Assembly (NCBI GenBank): GCA_018304465.1
Contig: JAGVWC010000010.1
Span: 243,473-307,472 of the forward strand
Length of the DNA stretch: 64,000 nt
Reading direction: 5' to 3'
Source of the DNA: Candidatus Iainarchaeum sp.
GTDB taxonomy: Archaea > Iainarchaeota > Iainarchaeia > Iainarchaeales > JAGVWC01
Positions 1 to 9,685 of this stretch are shown piece by piece. A model generated the notes under the pieces. It did no database searches. It was not told the DNA's origin and worked only from the letters and a program-made list of their open reading frames with translations. Made by a program: the position numbers and the translations under genes. The stretch's first letter is position 1; each line of letters starts with the position of its first letter.

Positions 1-2
1 AA

Positions 3-1040
3 GAAACTCCCGAAACCCAACCCAAAGAATTTTTTACCCAAACAACAGTAAACCTTTCAGAGGATCTTGTGCTAAAAGAATTCCAACTCGCCCCCAATTC
101 AATTCAAGTTTTGGATACTTCAACCGAAATGTTGGTTCTATCCGTTGATTCGAATCAATCAAAAAGACTACCCAACGACATCTCCACTGAAAATGCAATA
201 GTCATCAAAGGAAAAATGAACATCAACCAATCCCAAGAAACCCCCATAACAGATCCTCTGCACTCCGACACCTGCTACAAAAAGTATCTATTAACCGGAG
301 AATGGCCCACCACTGAATGCTCCGCTACCAACACAATTTGGATCGGAACCGATTCGATAACTCAAACCATCAACACAAACCCCTTCGCCTACACCTGCGG
401 AGACCAAAAATGCAGTCAAAATTTGGGAGTTATTCTTACACAGTATATTGTTCCTCCACTAAAAGAATTTTTTACTGGTACAGATGGAGGAAGGTATTTT
501 CGCATTTCCTATACTGAAAAAGGAAAGGGTCAAGATCTTGAAGCCTGTTTAAACAAATTGGGAATAGCGAAAGACGAAATTATTCAGCACATCAACAACA
601 AGATTCTTATCCCCCATACCCCGATAGAGAAATACAATCAGCATATTGGGCAATATAGAGAGAATGGGTTAGATTGCAGTGTCTTCTATGAATCGGTTGC
701 ATTTAAAGAAAGCGGCGGTACAAAAGGTTGTGAAAAAAGTTGCGAACCGCCAGAAAAGTATATCCGAAATCCCCCAATAAGTTATCCGTCTTTTATTCCA
801 ACAGAGCATTTAGACGATTGGGTTGAAAGAATAATTAGACATAACAACGTCGAAAATGGGTGGCCTACATTAGATAGGTTTAAACCTTTTTCAGACATTG
901 GAATAATTATCGTGGAAGGAGCAGGGGTAGCTGCGGGAGCACTAATACTATGGGAAGCTACAAAACCTGTTCGATGCTTACTTGCCGCTTTTTTAGCTCC
1001 TGAAACAATTGGAGGAAGTGTAGTATTATGCGTAAGTTGA
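3..1040 (+). CDS. 3' part of a large Cys-rich, probably secreted protein (candidate polymorphic toxin); runs off the window start
   Basis: Frame is open from nt 3 to the stop at 1040; Cys/Thr-rich; hydrophobic C-terminal tail (GAGVAAGALILW...LAPETIGGSVVLCVS); followed closely by a small orphan gene. Confidence 0.55.
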   Translation, partial: ETPETQPKEFFTQTTVNLSEDLVLKEFQLAPNSIQVLDTSTEMLVLSVDSNQSKRLPNDISTENAIVIKGKMNINQSQETPITDPLHSDTCYKKYLLTGEWPTTECSATNTIWIGTDSITQTINTNPFAYTCGDQKCSQNLGVILTQYIVPPLKEFFTGTDGGRYFRISYTEKGKGQDLEACLNKLGIAKDEIIQHINNKILIPHTPIEKYNQHIGQYRENGLDCSVFYESVAFKESGGTKGCEKSCEPPEKYIRNPPISYPSFIPTEHLDDWVERIIRHNNVENGWPTLDRFKPFSDIGIIIVEGAGVAAGALILWEATKPVRCLLAAFLAPETIGGSVVLCVS

Positions 1041-1045
1041 CAAAC

Positions 1046-1570
1046 ATGGAAAAAAAGTTCGATGTCAGCTTAGTTCTGGCTAACACTAAAAATGCCAATA
1101 ACCTAAAACTTCTGTATGAAATATTGTGTTTCTGTAAAGAAATCGGTGCAGTAACCCTTGAAATAGAGTTTGTGAACCCAGATATCTTTACGGGAAAAGA
1201 TTTTGTTAATCCAGTTTTTTTCGATCGCCTAAAGGTGTGCGTTAGCCTGCCAGGAGAACGGGTTCGATACGAAAAACCAAAAAGAAAAGAGGAAATAGGC
1301 CATGAAAAATTGCATTATCTTAAAGCTAATTTTGACTCTCTTTTTATTGAGTGGTATAAAGAAAATAGCCTAATGACTTTTAACGTATTTAATTTGCAAT
1401 TATTTGACAAAAACGGATCCGTTGTTGCAGACTTTACCGACGATCAGCTTAGTATTCACATATATTCTTTGAGTAAACAAGAGTTAGAAAAAGTAAGAAA
1501 AATTGCGAAAAAATATTCCGTAGATAGTACTACTGACACGGCTAAAACCTTAATAAAAAAATGGCACTAG
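1046..1570 (+). CDS. Hypothetical protein, candidate immunity protein
   Basis: ATG 5 nt after the upstream stop; AT-rich, ~175 aa, no recognisable motif. Confidence 0.5.
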   Translation: MEKKFDVSLVLANTKNANNLKLLYEILCFCKEIGAVTLEIEFVNPDIFTGKDFVNPVFFDRLKVCVSLPGERVRYEKPKRKEEIGHEKLHYLKANFDSLFIEWYKENSLMTFNVFNLQLFDKNGSVVADFTDDQLSIHIYSLSKQELEKVRKIAKKYSVDSTTDTAKTLIKKWH

Positions 1571-1699
1571 GGACTTCGCCCATATGACCCTAAGTAAGCG
1601 TGTGTTCCACCAAACCCGAATGCTCCAAATGCGTATCCGTATAATGCATTTCATCGCAATTACCACAAGCATAATAAGGCTGACATTGGGGATCACAAG

Positions 1700-2278
1700 A
1701 TGCAAAAAGGGATCGAATACGAATATTTTGCCGACGAAAATGAAGGCAGCATACGGTTTTTGTTTCAGGGCACAGGCAGACTTGACGCACTTGAAGTCGT
1801 GAAACGTATCGTAGGAAAAAAAAGTGCAGAAATTCCCGCAAACCAATACCTCGGAAAAGAATTCATATATGAAGGACAACGACTGGTGCTGTCGTTTGCA
1901 AAAAACGGTGTGAACATAAACATCAAAAGAGTTGGTGGCCAAGTATTTGGTGAAATGGATGGCCTCCTGCTAAAAGACAATACCGTCGTAATACTAGAAT
2001 CAAAAACAGGCACCGTGGCCAAAATAGTGGAAGACTTGAGCACGCAGCTACCAAGAAACATTAATGCCATCAACAACCTTTCTCAAAAAACAACAACAGA
2101 AGCGCTTATCGCGATCCCAAAAGGCACAACCGAAGAAATAAAAGCGCTTGCAATAAACAATTCCAATCTCAACGCGCTCATCAACCAAGGAAAAATACAT
2201 TTCATTGAAATAACGCAGACAAGCGATGAACTGCTTGCAACTGCGAATACGGTAAAAGACCTTATAGGTGGCGGGTAG
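1700..2278 (+). CDS. PD-(D/E)xK restriction-endonuclease-like toxin tip (orphan cassette)
   Basis: GEMDGLLLKDNTVVILESKTG fits the D...ExK motif; no signal peptide; abuts the next gene. Confidence 0.6.
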   Translation: MQKGIEYEYFADENEGSIRFLFQGTGRLDALEVVKRIVGKKSAEIPANQYLGKEFIYEGQRLVLSFAKNGVNINIKRVGGQVFGEMDGLLLKDNTVVILESKTGTVAKIVEDLSTQLPRNINAINNLSQKTTTEALIAIPKGTTEEIKALAINNSNLNALINQGKIHFIEITQTSDELLATANTVKDLIGGG

Positions 2279-2983
2279 ATGAAGGACGATACGATTAGAG
2301 AAGAATACCTAAAACTAAATAAAGACCATGAATCGTTAAAAGAGCAAAAAAGGCCCGGAAATGCGCATTTGGGGGGATTTTATGTACGATTAGATCCGAA
2401 TCGAGGAACCTCTTTATCTGGCTCAGTAAGCGAGTTCGGTGTTTGCGATTTTAGTTATGAGGAAAGAAAATTTTTTTCAGAAGAAGATCGGCAAAAAAAA
2501 GTATCCAAATTAATTGAAACCTTCGGATACGCAATCAGTCTTATTTTTCTGAGTTTTGGAGAGAGTGATATCGTTATTTGGCTACAACTCCCACTTGGCA
2601 GAAAAGAAATCCAAGAAATCCTGGATTTTCTACCTTCGACAGGGACATTCAAAAAATACGAAACCCCAATCATACACACCTTGGCAAATGACGAGCAAGT
2701 ACAAAAAGCACGCAACGATTTTTATCAAAAACTTTCTGAATGTGTCGACGGCCAGCAGACCGAACATTGGCGTTTTTCGAAAGACATCGAACAAGAAAAA
2801 AAAACCGCGTTTCAAATAACCATAAACGAAGTAAAAAACATTCAAATAGGCAAAACAACAGGACACAACATTACGCTGGAATTTATGAAAAACTGCTCTA
2901 CTTTTAAAAAATACATTTTCCCCCTTGAAGAAAAAAGTTTCAAAAAAACAATTGAAAGGATTCGAAATGCGCAGGTAAAATAA
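2279..2983 (+). CDS. Hypothetical protein, candidate immunity protein
   Basis: ATG immediately follows the TAG of the nuclease gene (TAGATG coupling). Confidence 0.5.
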   Translation: MKDDTIREEYLKLNKDHESLKEQKRPGNAHLGGFYVRLDPNRGTSLSGSVSEFGVCDFSYEERKFFSEEDRQKKVSKLIETFGYAISLIFLSFGESDIVIWLQLPLGRKEIQEILDFLPSTGTFKKYETPIIHTLANDEQVQKARNDFYQKLSECVDGQQTEHWRFSKDIEQEKKTAFQITINEVKNIQIGKTTGHNITLEFMKNCSTFKKYIFPLEEKSFKKTIERIRNAQVK

Positions 2984-3062
2984 CGGGTAAATTCATCAGG
3001 ATACACAAAATATAAAATTTGAGTATTTAGAGATAAAAACCGCAACTAGTGGAGGGGGATAC

Positions 3063-3326
3063 ATGAGTTGGATCACAGTATTATTCGGCATCGGGGGAAT
3101 CGCATTGGTAGGATATGGAGTTTATGTACTTTACCGGGTCCCAAAGCAGCTGCGCGAAGGAAAAACGCGTCTTACTGGAAAACTCATTACTATGGGTACC
3201 CCAGATATTGAAAAGGAAAAAAATCGGACAACTTTTTGGGAAGTTACGCTGTGGAATATTATTCGAGGGATTCTCTCGATTATATTTGGGGCGTTTCTCG
3301 TTCTCAGTATGCTTTCAAATCTTTGA
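3063..3326 (+). CDS. Small two-TM membrane protein
   Basis: GGAGGGGG SD-like sequence upstream; two hydrophobic helices. Confidence 0.65.
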   Translation: MSWITVLFGIGGIALVGYGVYVLYRVPKQLREGKTRLTGKLITMGTPDIEKEKNRTTFWEVTLWNIIRGILSIIFGAFLVLSMLSNL

Positions 3327-3361
3327 AATAATAGTTAACCTCAAAGTATGAGGGCCTTGGA

Positions 3362-4216
3362 TCACGGAAAAGAATTTGCATGAACTGACTTTGGAAATAA
3401 GTTGATTCCTTCGGTTCGCAGTTGTTCCGCCAAAATAGGATTCCGTGTAATAACCATTTTGATCGAGACGTTTTCCATGTAAAGCGAATAGACTTTTGCC
3501 ATGTCGAACTGTTCCATTGATTTTGTTTTTTCAAACAACGCATTTAATCGTTGTTTAAACTCCGTTGGATAAAAAATTTGAGCCACATAATCCCCTTCAA
3601 TCACCAAATCACCGTCCGCCGGATAAGTGACCTGATGAATGGATTGCTTGCCCATCTTTTGGGTAAACGTATTCCCAAACTGGTCCAACACCCCAGCACC
3701 ATGATACAACCCATAATAGGGAACTTGAAAAATTTTTTTCACTTGCTCCAAATCGCTTGGATCCAAACCCACCGGAAGCCAAGGATGACCCAACAGGCAA
3801 ACACGAGATTTTTTATCCGGATTAGGAAATTGATCATTAAAGACCCAAATAACAAAACGAATTAACTCAACCATACTATGGAATTCCAAATTCAGCACCT
3901 CTTTTTGCAACCAATCGGAAGGCAAAGAATAATTGGAATAGGATTGTAGACGCGCACTAAACGCCTTTACATTTAATATCCACTCAGCACTTAACGAAAA
4001 TTTCGACCCGTTTTTGACAACGACCCGCTCACCCTCCAAACTATGAAGCATTTTATGAACCGCTTGGTAGGAAGCTGAAATGGCATATTCTTTTTTGATA
4101 TCCGAAAATATTTCCTTCAAACTCAAAGGATGCCGAACGCTAAGTAAACTAATAATCGCGTCTTTTGTTGAAAGTGTTTTTTTCCCAAAACCTGGCAGAA
4201 CAATCGAAAGAGCCAT
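3362..4216 (-). CDS. Winged-helix transcriptional regulator with uncharacterised C-terminal domain (paralog 1)
   Basis: STKDAIISLL..HPLSLKEIF..SYQAVHKMLHSLEGERVV; similar to 9686-10531 and 10585-11436. Confidence 0.7.
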   Translation of the reverse strand: MALSIVLPGFGKKTLSTKDAIISLLSVRHPLSLKEIFSDIKKEYAISASYQAVHKMLHSLEGERVVVKNGSKFSLSAEWILNVKAFSARLQSYSNYSLPSDWLQKEVLNLEFHSMVELIRFVIWVFNDQFPNPDKKSRVCLLGHPWLPVGLDPSDLEQVKKIFQVPYYGLYHGAGVLDQFGNTFTQKMGKQSIHQVTYPADGDLVIEGDYVAQIFYPTEFKQRLNALFEKTKSMEQFDMAKVYSLYMENVSIKMVITRNPILAEQLRTEGINLFPKSVHANSFP

Positions 4217-4310
4217 CCAAATCACTACGTATAGAACATACAAAACATCGATAACCGGATTTATAAACATAACCAAGTAAAAAGTAGATAAAACTCAGAT
4301 TCTGATTTAC

Positions 4311-5318
4311 GTGGCCAAAAAAACCGTAAAAGATGCCTATGAAAGCATCTTCAAAAAAAGCGTCAAAGCCAGCGGAATATCCGTCAAAGGACTTGATTTT
4401 AACCAAGAAGTCACCTTGGAAAAACTGATTAACGCGCTTGGAACCAGCGGATTCCAAGCCACGCATTTAAGCCGCGCCATCGAAATCGTCAAAAAAATGC
4501 GCAAAGACAAAGTAACGATTTTCTTAGGATATACCTCCAACCAAGTATCCAGCGGAAACCGCGACATCATCCGCTATCTGGTTCAACACAAACTCGTGGA
4601 CTGCTTGGTCAGCACCGCCGGCGGAATCGAAGAAGACTTCATCAAAACCCACGCTCCGTTTTTCATTTCCGATTTTCGACTCGACGGCGCGAAACTACGC
4701 GAAAAAGGAATCAACCGCATCGGAAACCTGCTCGCACCCAACGAGCGCTACATCTGGTTCGAAAAATTCTTCCAACCGATCCTCCAAGAACTGCTTGACG
4801 AACAACTCAACACCGGACACATTTTTTCCCCCAGCGAAATCATCGACAAAATGGGAGAAAAAATCAACCACGAAGAATCAATTTATTACTGGGCCCACCA
4901 AAACAAAATCCCGGTTTTCTCTCCAGCATTCATGGACGGAGCCATCGGCGACAACTGCTACTTTTTCAACTACAACAAACAAAAAAAATTATTCATCGAC
5001 CAAATCGCAGACCATCACCGCCTGATCGAAAAAACACTCGACTCCAAAGAAACCGGACTCATCATACTAGGCGCCGGCCTCGTCAAACACACCCTGCTAA
5101 ACGCCAACATGTACCGCGAAGGCGCCAAATACACCGTCTACATGAACACCTCCAGCGAATACGACGGAAGCGACAGCGGCGCCGAACCCGAAGAAGCCAA
5201 AAGCTGGGGCAAAATCGCAGCAGACGCCAACACGGTAAAAGTAGTTGGGGACACGACAGTGTTGTTTCCCTTAGTGGTAACAGTTGCATTAAGGCACTTT
5301 CAAAAAGCAAAAAAATAG
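4311..5318 (+). CDS. dhs: Deoxyhypusine synthase
   Basis: GFQAT, GYTSNQVSSG, TAGGIEED, NRIGN, DGSDSGAEPEEAKSWGK motifs. Confidence 0.95.
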   Translation: MAKKTVKDAYESIFKKSVKASGISVKGLDFNQEVTLEKLINALGTSGFQATHLSRAIEIVKKMRKDKVTIFLGYTSNQVSSGNRDIIRYLVQHKLVDCLVSTAGGIEEDFIKTHAPFFISDFRLDGAKLREKGINRIGNLLAPNERYIWFEKFFQPILQELLDEQLNTGHIFSPSEIIDKMGEKINHEESIYYWAHQNKIPVFSPAFMDGAIGDNCYFFNYNKQKKLFIDQIADHHRLIEKTLDSKETGLIILGAGLVKHTLLNANMYREGAKYTVYMNTSSEYDGSDSGAEPEEAKSWGKIAADANTVKVVGDTTVLFPLVVTVALRHFQKAKK

Positions 5319-5332
5319 TGTAGGATAGTTAT

Positions 5333-6025
5333 TCAAAAATCCAGTAAACCACGTATATCAGTTTTATTTTTGACTATTGGCCATTTTCTTTGTTCAGCAA
5401 TTTCAGAAAGTTTTTTGTCGGGGTTCACAGTAACTGGATGTCCCACATGTTCTAAAACAGGAAGATCTTGTGAGGTATCTCCAAACCCAAACGAAGATTC
5501 TATGTCAATATTATACTTTTTTATCAAAGCATAGAACAAAGTTTCTTTATTTTCACGAATTACTAGATTCGTTTTGACATTCCCCGAATAAACACCATCA
5601 ACAATCTCGCATTCTGTCCCATATAAATCATCAAAGCCCAAGTATTTCAATTGTTTTATTACTTCGATAGGGGAACCGCTCATTGCAAGGACCAAATAAC
5701 CTTTTTGTTTCATTAGTTTTACAAGTTGTTTTGAGTGTTCAAAAATATTTTTTTTGTATATAGCCATGAATGCTGCCCCCAATTTTTCAACTTTTTGGTG
5801 ATCGCATCCTTTTAACCCTCTCGCAAACACTTGCGGGAGTTCGGTTGCAACTTCAGCAGCACTTTTTGTTCCTTTAATATATTCTGATAAAAGAAGTTGT
5901 ATTTTTTTATTGGATTCGGAGCCTATGCACCCTTGTTGGTCCAAATACTTTGGAAATTCACAAATGATAAAACCTTTAACAAGTACACCATCAATGTCAA
6001 ATATTGCTGCTTTTTGCGCATGCAT
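5333..6025 (-). CDS. HAD-IB family phosphatase (SerB-like)
   Basis: FDIDGVL, MSGSP, GFGDTSQD, VNPD motifs. Confidence 0.85.
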   Translation of the reverse strand: MHAQKAAIFDIDGVLVKGFIICEFPKYLDQQGCIGSESNKKIQLLLSEYIKGTKSAAEVATELPQVFARGLKGCDHQKVEKLGAAFMAIYKKNIFEHSKQLVKLMKQKGYLVLAMSGSPIEVIKQLKYLGFDDLYGTECEIVDGVYSGNVKTNLVIRENKETLFYALIKKYNIDIESSFGFGDTSQDLPVLEHVGHPVTVNPDKKLSEIAEQRKWPIVKNKTDIRGLLDF

Positions 6026-6050
6026 ACAAAAGTTCTCCTGTAAAATAATG

Positions 6051-6830
6051 TTAAAATATCTTGCCAGGATATTTATTTGCCAGAGAAACCATTTTTTTCA
6101 AGGTTTCAATACCTTTTGGTTCTTCAATGAGTTTACCAACATGAATAGCGTCAGCCTTATGTTTAAACATAAGATCAGCATCTTCAGGCGTTAAAATGCC
6201 ACTAGTTGGAATAATAAATAAATTCGTCTTTCTTGCCAATAATTCAACATGTGTTGCTGGCGGCCCAAGTTCGCTACCGGATCCACCAGCCATGATATAT
6301 ATTCGCATACCTAAATATTGGGCTGCTAAAGCGACAGATAAACTAATTTCGGGTTTTTCTCTTGGAATTGGAACGGCGCGTGCCAGCCAGTTAGCTGTTC
6401 GCATTGACCCCCGATCATCAAATACATACGCAGTAGGAATTGGTTCAAGAGTATTAGGCGTAACAGCAACTGAGTTCATTACCAACACATCACGCAAGAA
6501 AAATGGATTTTCTGAGTTCAAAACAGACATCCAATAAATTGCGGTTTTCCCTTCGTGGCCATTTAAAAAACACACTGCACTATTAGTCGGATAGGTTACT
6601 GTAGAAAAGTTATAATCCTTTACAGCCATATCTTGCACTATTTGTAATTTTTGTGGAGTGATAATGCTTCCGCCAAGCGCAATATGTTGAATACCCAAAT
6701 CAGAGATCGCTTGAAAAATTTTTGAAATTACTTCTACAGGAAGTTTGTCAGGATCTATTTGTGGGATCACTAGCGGGTGATCCTCTCGAAGAGAATAGAT
6801 TTTTTTTTCTACTTTTCCAAGGCGTTCCAT
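6051..6830 (-). CDS. Divergent geranylgeranylglyceryl-phosphate synthase (PcrB/GGGPS family TIM barrel)
   Basis: IDPDK, LGGS, MSVLNSENP, PIPREKP, AAQYLGMR match group II GGGPS; the YLEAGSG motif is changed to IMAGGSG. Confidence 0.8.
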   Translation of the reverse strand: MERLGKVEKKIYSLREDHPLVIPQIDPDKLPVEVISKIFQAISDLGIQHIALGGSIITPQKLQIVQDMAVKDYNFSTVTYPTNSAVCFLNGHEGKTAIYWMSVLNSENPFFLRDVLVMNSVAVTPNTLEPIPTAYVFDDRGSMRTANWLARAVPIPREKPEISLSVALAAQYLGMRIYIMAGGSGSELGPPATHVELLARKTNLFIIPTSGILTPEDADLMFKHKADAIHVGKLIEEPKGIETLKKMVSLANKYPGKIF

Positions 6831-6833
6831 TGT

Positions 6834-7982
6834 TTACTCAGCCCCTTCAAATAATAGCGCAAGATGACCTTTGGATACATCGACTTTAGGCTTTTTTAAG
6901 ATAATCTCTTTCCCATACACTCTAGAACATAGACCAGATAAAAATCCGCCGATCATTAAGAAGTCAATTTCTTTATAAAATTTAGTCCAAGGAAAATAAT
7001 TAATGATAACTTTTAATTTTTCTCCGCTTGAAAGAACTAAAACTTCGCCCCAGCCCAAAGCCGAAAGTAACTCCATTACTTCAAGCAATCTTCTTTTATC
7101 AATTTCAGGAAATAACTCTTGACCTATCCGAAACGCACAATCAAAAAGGATTTTTTTCATTTTTTCATTTTTCATTCCTTTTTCTAGCAGGTACATCCCG
7201 CTGACTTCCATTAAGAAAAAACGCTCCTTTTGTTTGTATACAATGATGCCTTCAGAATATGAAAACAATTTGGCGTTAAGATATGATTCAAAGGATTTTT
7301 TATATTGAATGTCCACTTCAGTATTAAAACTTCGATAAGTTGAAGCGTCCTCTAATAGATCATCTACTTGAGTTTCACTATATACTTGTTCTTTGAATTG
7401 CTTTGAAAGAACATCGACAGGAGCACAGGTCACCTTACAAAACTGATCAGACCCTTTGAACAAACTATCATACATATGACCTTCAATTTTTATGTCTTGC
7501 AGTATCCACGCGATAATTCCTGCTGCACCGGCAGTAGCAAGAAAAAAATCATACCCTAACTTTCTACACACAACAAAATTTTTCAGTTCATATTTCACAG
7601 TCTTATTTTTTACATCAGTCTCTTGCGAGATATTGCTCGCATAGGTGCCTTCGACAAATTTACTCGCAATCATCACCCAATCTTTTACTGCCTCGCCAGG
7701 GTGATCTTTAATATTTTCAAACCGCCCATTCAATGCAAAGCTATACCCAAACCGTTTGCCGATGGAATATAATGTTTGCTCACCTTCAGCCCCAAACTCA
7801 GTAACTAATTGCTTTTCAAGAGCAACAAAAAAACTTTCAGGGAGCAGAAGTTGTCGCAAGTTTACAGTGGTTTTTCCAGAGATTTTAAAATCTACAAAGC
7901 CAGGCCTATCAAAAATCAATGCCCGGGGGATTACAAAGCGTTTAACGTACAATCTAACAACGCTATCTTTTACATCCACCAT
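6834..7982 (-). CDS. Tandem V4R-like ligand-binding domain protein
   Basis: Two repeats of the V4R pattern (LYSIGKRFG..AGAAGIIAW..C; LSALGWGEV..GGFLSGLCSRVYG). Confidence 0.7.
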   Translation of the reverse strand: MVDVKDSVVRLYVKRFVIPRALIFDRPGFVDFKISGKTTVNLRQLLLPESFFVALEKQLVTEFGAEGEQTLYSIGKRFGYSFALNGRFENIKDHPGEAVKDWVMIASKFVEGTYASNISQETDVKNKTVKYELKNFVVCRKLGYDFFLATAGAAGIIAWILQDIKIEGHMYDSLFKGSDQFCKVTCAPVDVLSKQFKEQVYSETQVDDLLEDASTYRSFNTEVDIQYKKSFESYLNAKLFSYSEGIIVYKQKERFFLMEVSGMYLLEKGMKNEKMKKILFDCAFRIGQELFPEIDKRRLLEVMELLSALGWGEVLVLSSGEKLKVIINYFPWTKFYKEIDFLMIGGFLSGLCSRVYGKEIILKKPKVDVSKGHLALLFEGAE

Positions 7983-7984
7983 GT

Positions 7985-8731
7985 TTATCCGCCTGCTTCG
8001 ATAACAATGCCTTTTGCAGTAATATTATATGTTCGTGGACCGCCACGAATATCAGTTTTTCGCATTTTTCGAACTTCCAAGTTTCTATTCAAACTATCCC
8101 CAATCGAAACATGTTTGAGTAAAACTACACCGTCACATAAAAATTCACTAATTGTGTCCCGGCTCAAAAAATTTGTGGATTCAGGTAACTCAGAAATGAT
8201 TATTGATGTTGCTTTTTGATTTTTTAGTGCTTCAAGCATATCCACTATTGCTTTTCGAGTAGCAACTTCAGGCCCAAGCTGGAAAGAGAATTGGCTTTTT
8301 TGCATTCCCATTTTTTCTAAGATCTCAATATATGCAATCGTTTCTGCATAAATCCCATATGTCGAAATAGAATCCAAGACAATTCTATCCGGTTTAAACT
8401 CTTGGATTAATGCCTTAATTTCTTGTAATACCGCAGAGAAAATCATTTTGTTTGGAGTGTAAGTTACAACTTTCAATTTTTTTTCTTTTTCAAGTTTAAG
8501 CAAATCCCACCCCAATTCGTTTGATTGATCAATAATATCTTCTCTAATCTGTTCAAAACTAATCAAAAGCCCACGTTCATTATACTGCTTCACTCCATTT
8601 ACAAGGTATTGAGTAGCGAAGATGGTCTTTCCAGATCCTGTTAACCCTGACAGCAATACCAGATTCCCTTTTGGAAATCCCCCATTAATGAGTTCATCAA
8701 AACCAGATATCCCTGTTTTAACTCGTAACAT
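7985..8731 (-). CDS. KaiC-like single-domain RecA-superfamily ATPase
   Basis: KTGISGFDELINGGFP, Walker A GLTGSGKT, IVLDS, EVRKMR. Confidence 0.9.
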   Translation of the reverse strand: MLRVKTGISGFDELINGGFPKGNLVLLSGLTGSGKTIFATQYLVNGVKQYNERGLLISFEQIREDIIDQSNELGWDLLKLEKEKKLKVVTYTPNKMIFSAVLQEIKALIQEFKPDRIVLDSISTYGIYAETIAYIEILEKMGMQKSQFSFQLGPEVATRKAIVDMLEALKNQKATSIIISELPESTNFLSRDTISEFLCDGVVLLKHVSIGDSLNRNLEVRKMRKTDIRGGPRTYNITAKGIVIEAGG

Positions 8732-8823
8732 TCAACATCAGACTCGGCCGCGCTTTAAGATGTATTTAATGGCTTTAAACACCTATTTAAACAATGCTGT
8801 TAATCAAAAATCAGTTTATCACG

Positions 8824-9582
8824 TTAGAGCGCCAAATCATCTATCTTAATTGTAATTCCTTTTGGCGACATCTCGTACCGTAGCGAGCCTTTTTCGTGAT
8901 CAGTGTACCGCATTTTTCGGATTCGAACACTGCGAAACACCGAAGAACCGACACCCAAATAACTTAACACAATCACGCCATCCGCAATAAACTCGGACAC
9001 GCCATCCGCACTGAGTCGCGCGGCTTCTTCAAACAATTCCGACGTCAACATCGTGGTAACTCCGTAGGCTCGAAGCGACGACAACAACCGATACAAAATC
9101 TGTTTCGCGATCAATTGTTCGGTTCGCGGAATCGGAGAAACCGTTTCGGCAATCTGAACCATTGAAAACGCATCGTGTTCCGCCAAACCCCCGACAATCA
9201 TGGCATCCGTCAAGGTAGACATGGAATCCACCACAATGCGTTTGGGTTTGAATTCTTTTAGAATCAGATCAAGACGTTTGAGAAAATTATCCCCGCCGGT
9301 AATATCATAAAAAACAACCTTGATCAAGCCCCGCTTGATCAAACTTTCCAAATCCCAACCAAAACCGAGACCTTGCTTGATCAATTCGGATTCTGTTTGC
9401 TCCGTAGAAATGTATACTCCGCGCTCATTGTTTTGCGCGCCGTGGACCAAAAATTGCATGCAAAAAGTCGATTTTCCGGTTCCGGCGCCGCCTGAAATCA
9501 AAACCATGTTGCCTTCGGGAAGACCCCCTTGCAACGCTTTATCCAATCCTTCGATTCCAGTTTTGGTTCGTGAAACAGCCAC
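8824..9582 (-). CDS. KaiC-like single-domain RecA-superfamily ATPase
   Basis: KTGIEGLDKALQGGLP, GGAGTGKS, IVVDS, IRKMR; GTG start chosen from an upstream AGGTG. Confidence 0.9.
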   Translation of the reverse strand: MAVSRTKTGIEGLDKALQGGLPEGNMVLISGGAGTGKSTFCMQFLVHGAQNNERGVYISTEQTESELIKQGLGFGWDLESLIKRGLIKVVFYDITGGDNFLKRLDLILKEFKPKRIVVDSMSTLTDAMIVGGLAEHDAFSMVQIAETVSPIPRTEQLIAKQILYRLLSSLRAYGVTTMLTSELFEEAARLSADGVSEFIADGVIVLSYLGVGSSVFRSVRIRKMRYTDHEKGSLRYEMSPKGITIKIDDLAL

Positions 9583-9685
9583 GAAAACACACCTAATAGC
9601 CCATTGGCTGACAAGATAACACCTTCGAGGTTTAAAAACCTTATTGGTAGGCGGATTTGAAGAAAAAGAAAGAATTACTAGCATG

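Noticed and set aside
1571-1699. Possible transposase or toxin-linker remnant before the orphan nuclease
   Set aside because: No recognisable motif, terminal repeat or matching copy within the window
4311-5318. Deoxyhypusine synthase as part of the accessory signalling system
   Set aside because: Host-like codon usage, opposite strand, and its substrate aIF5A is at 43989; housekeeping role is sufficient
7985-9582. A circadian clock (KaiABC)
   Set aside because: Both ATPases are single-domain and there is no kaiA or kaiB; they fit the general archaeal KaiC-like signalling family
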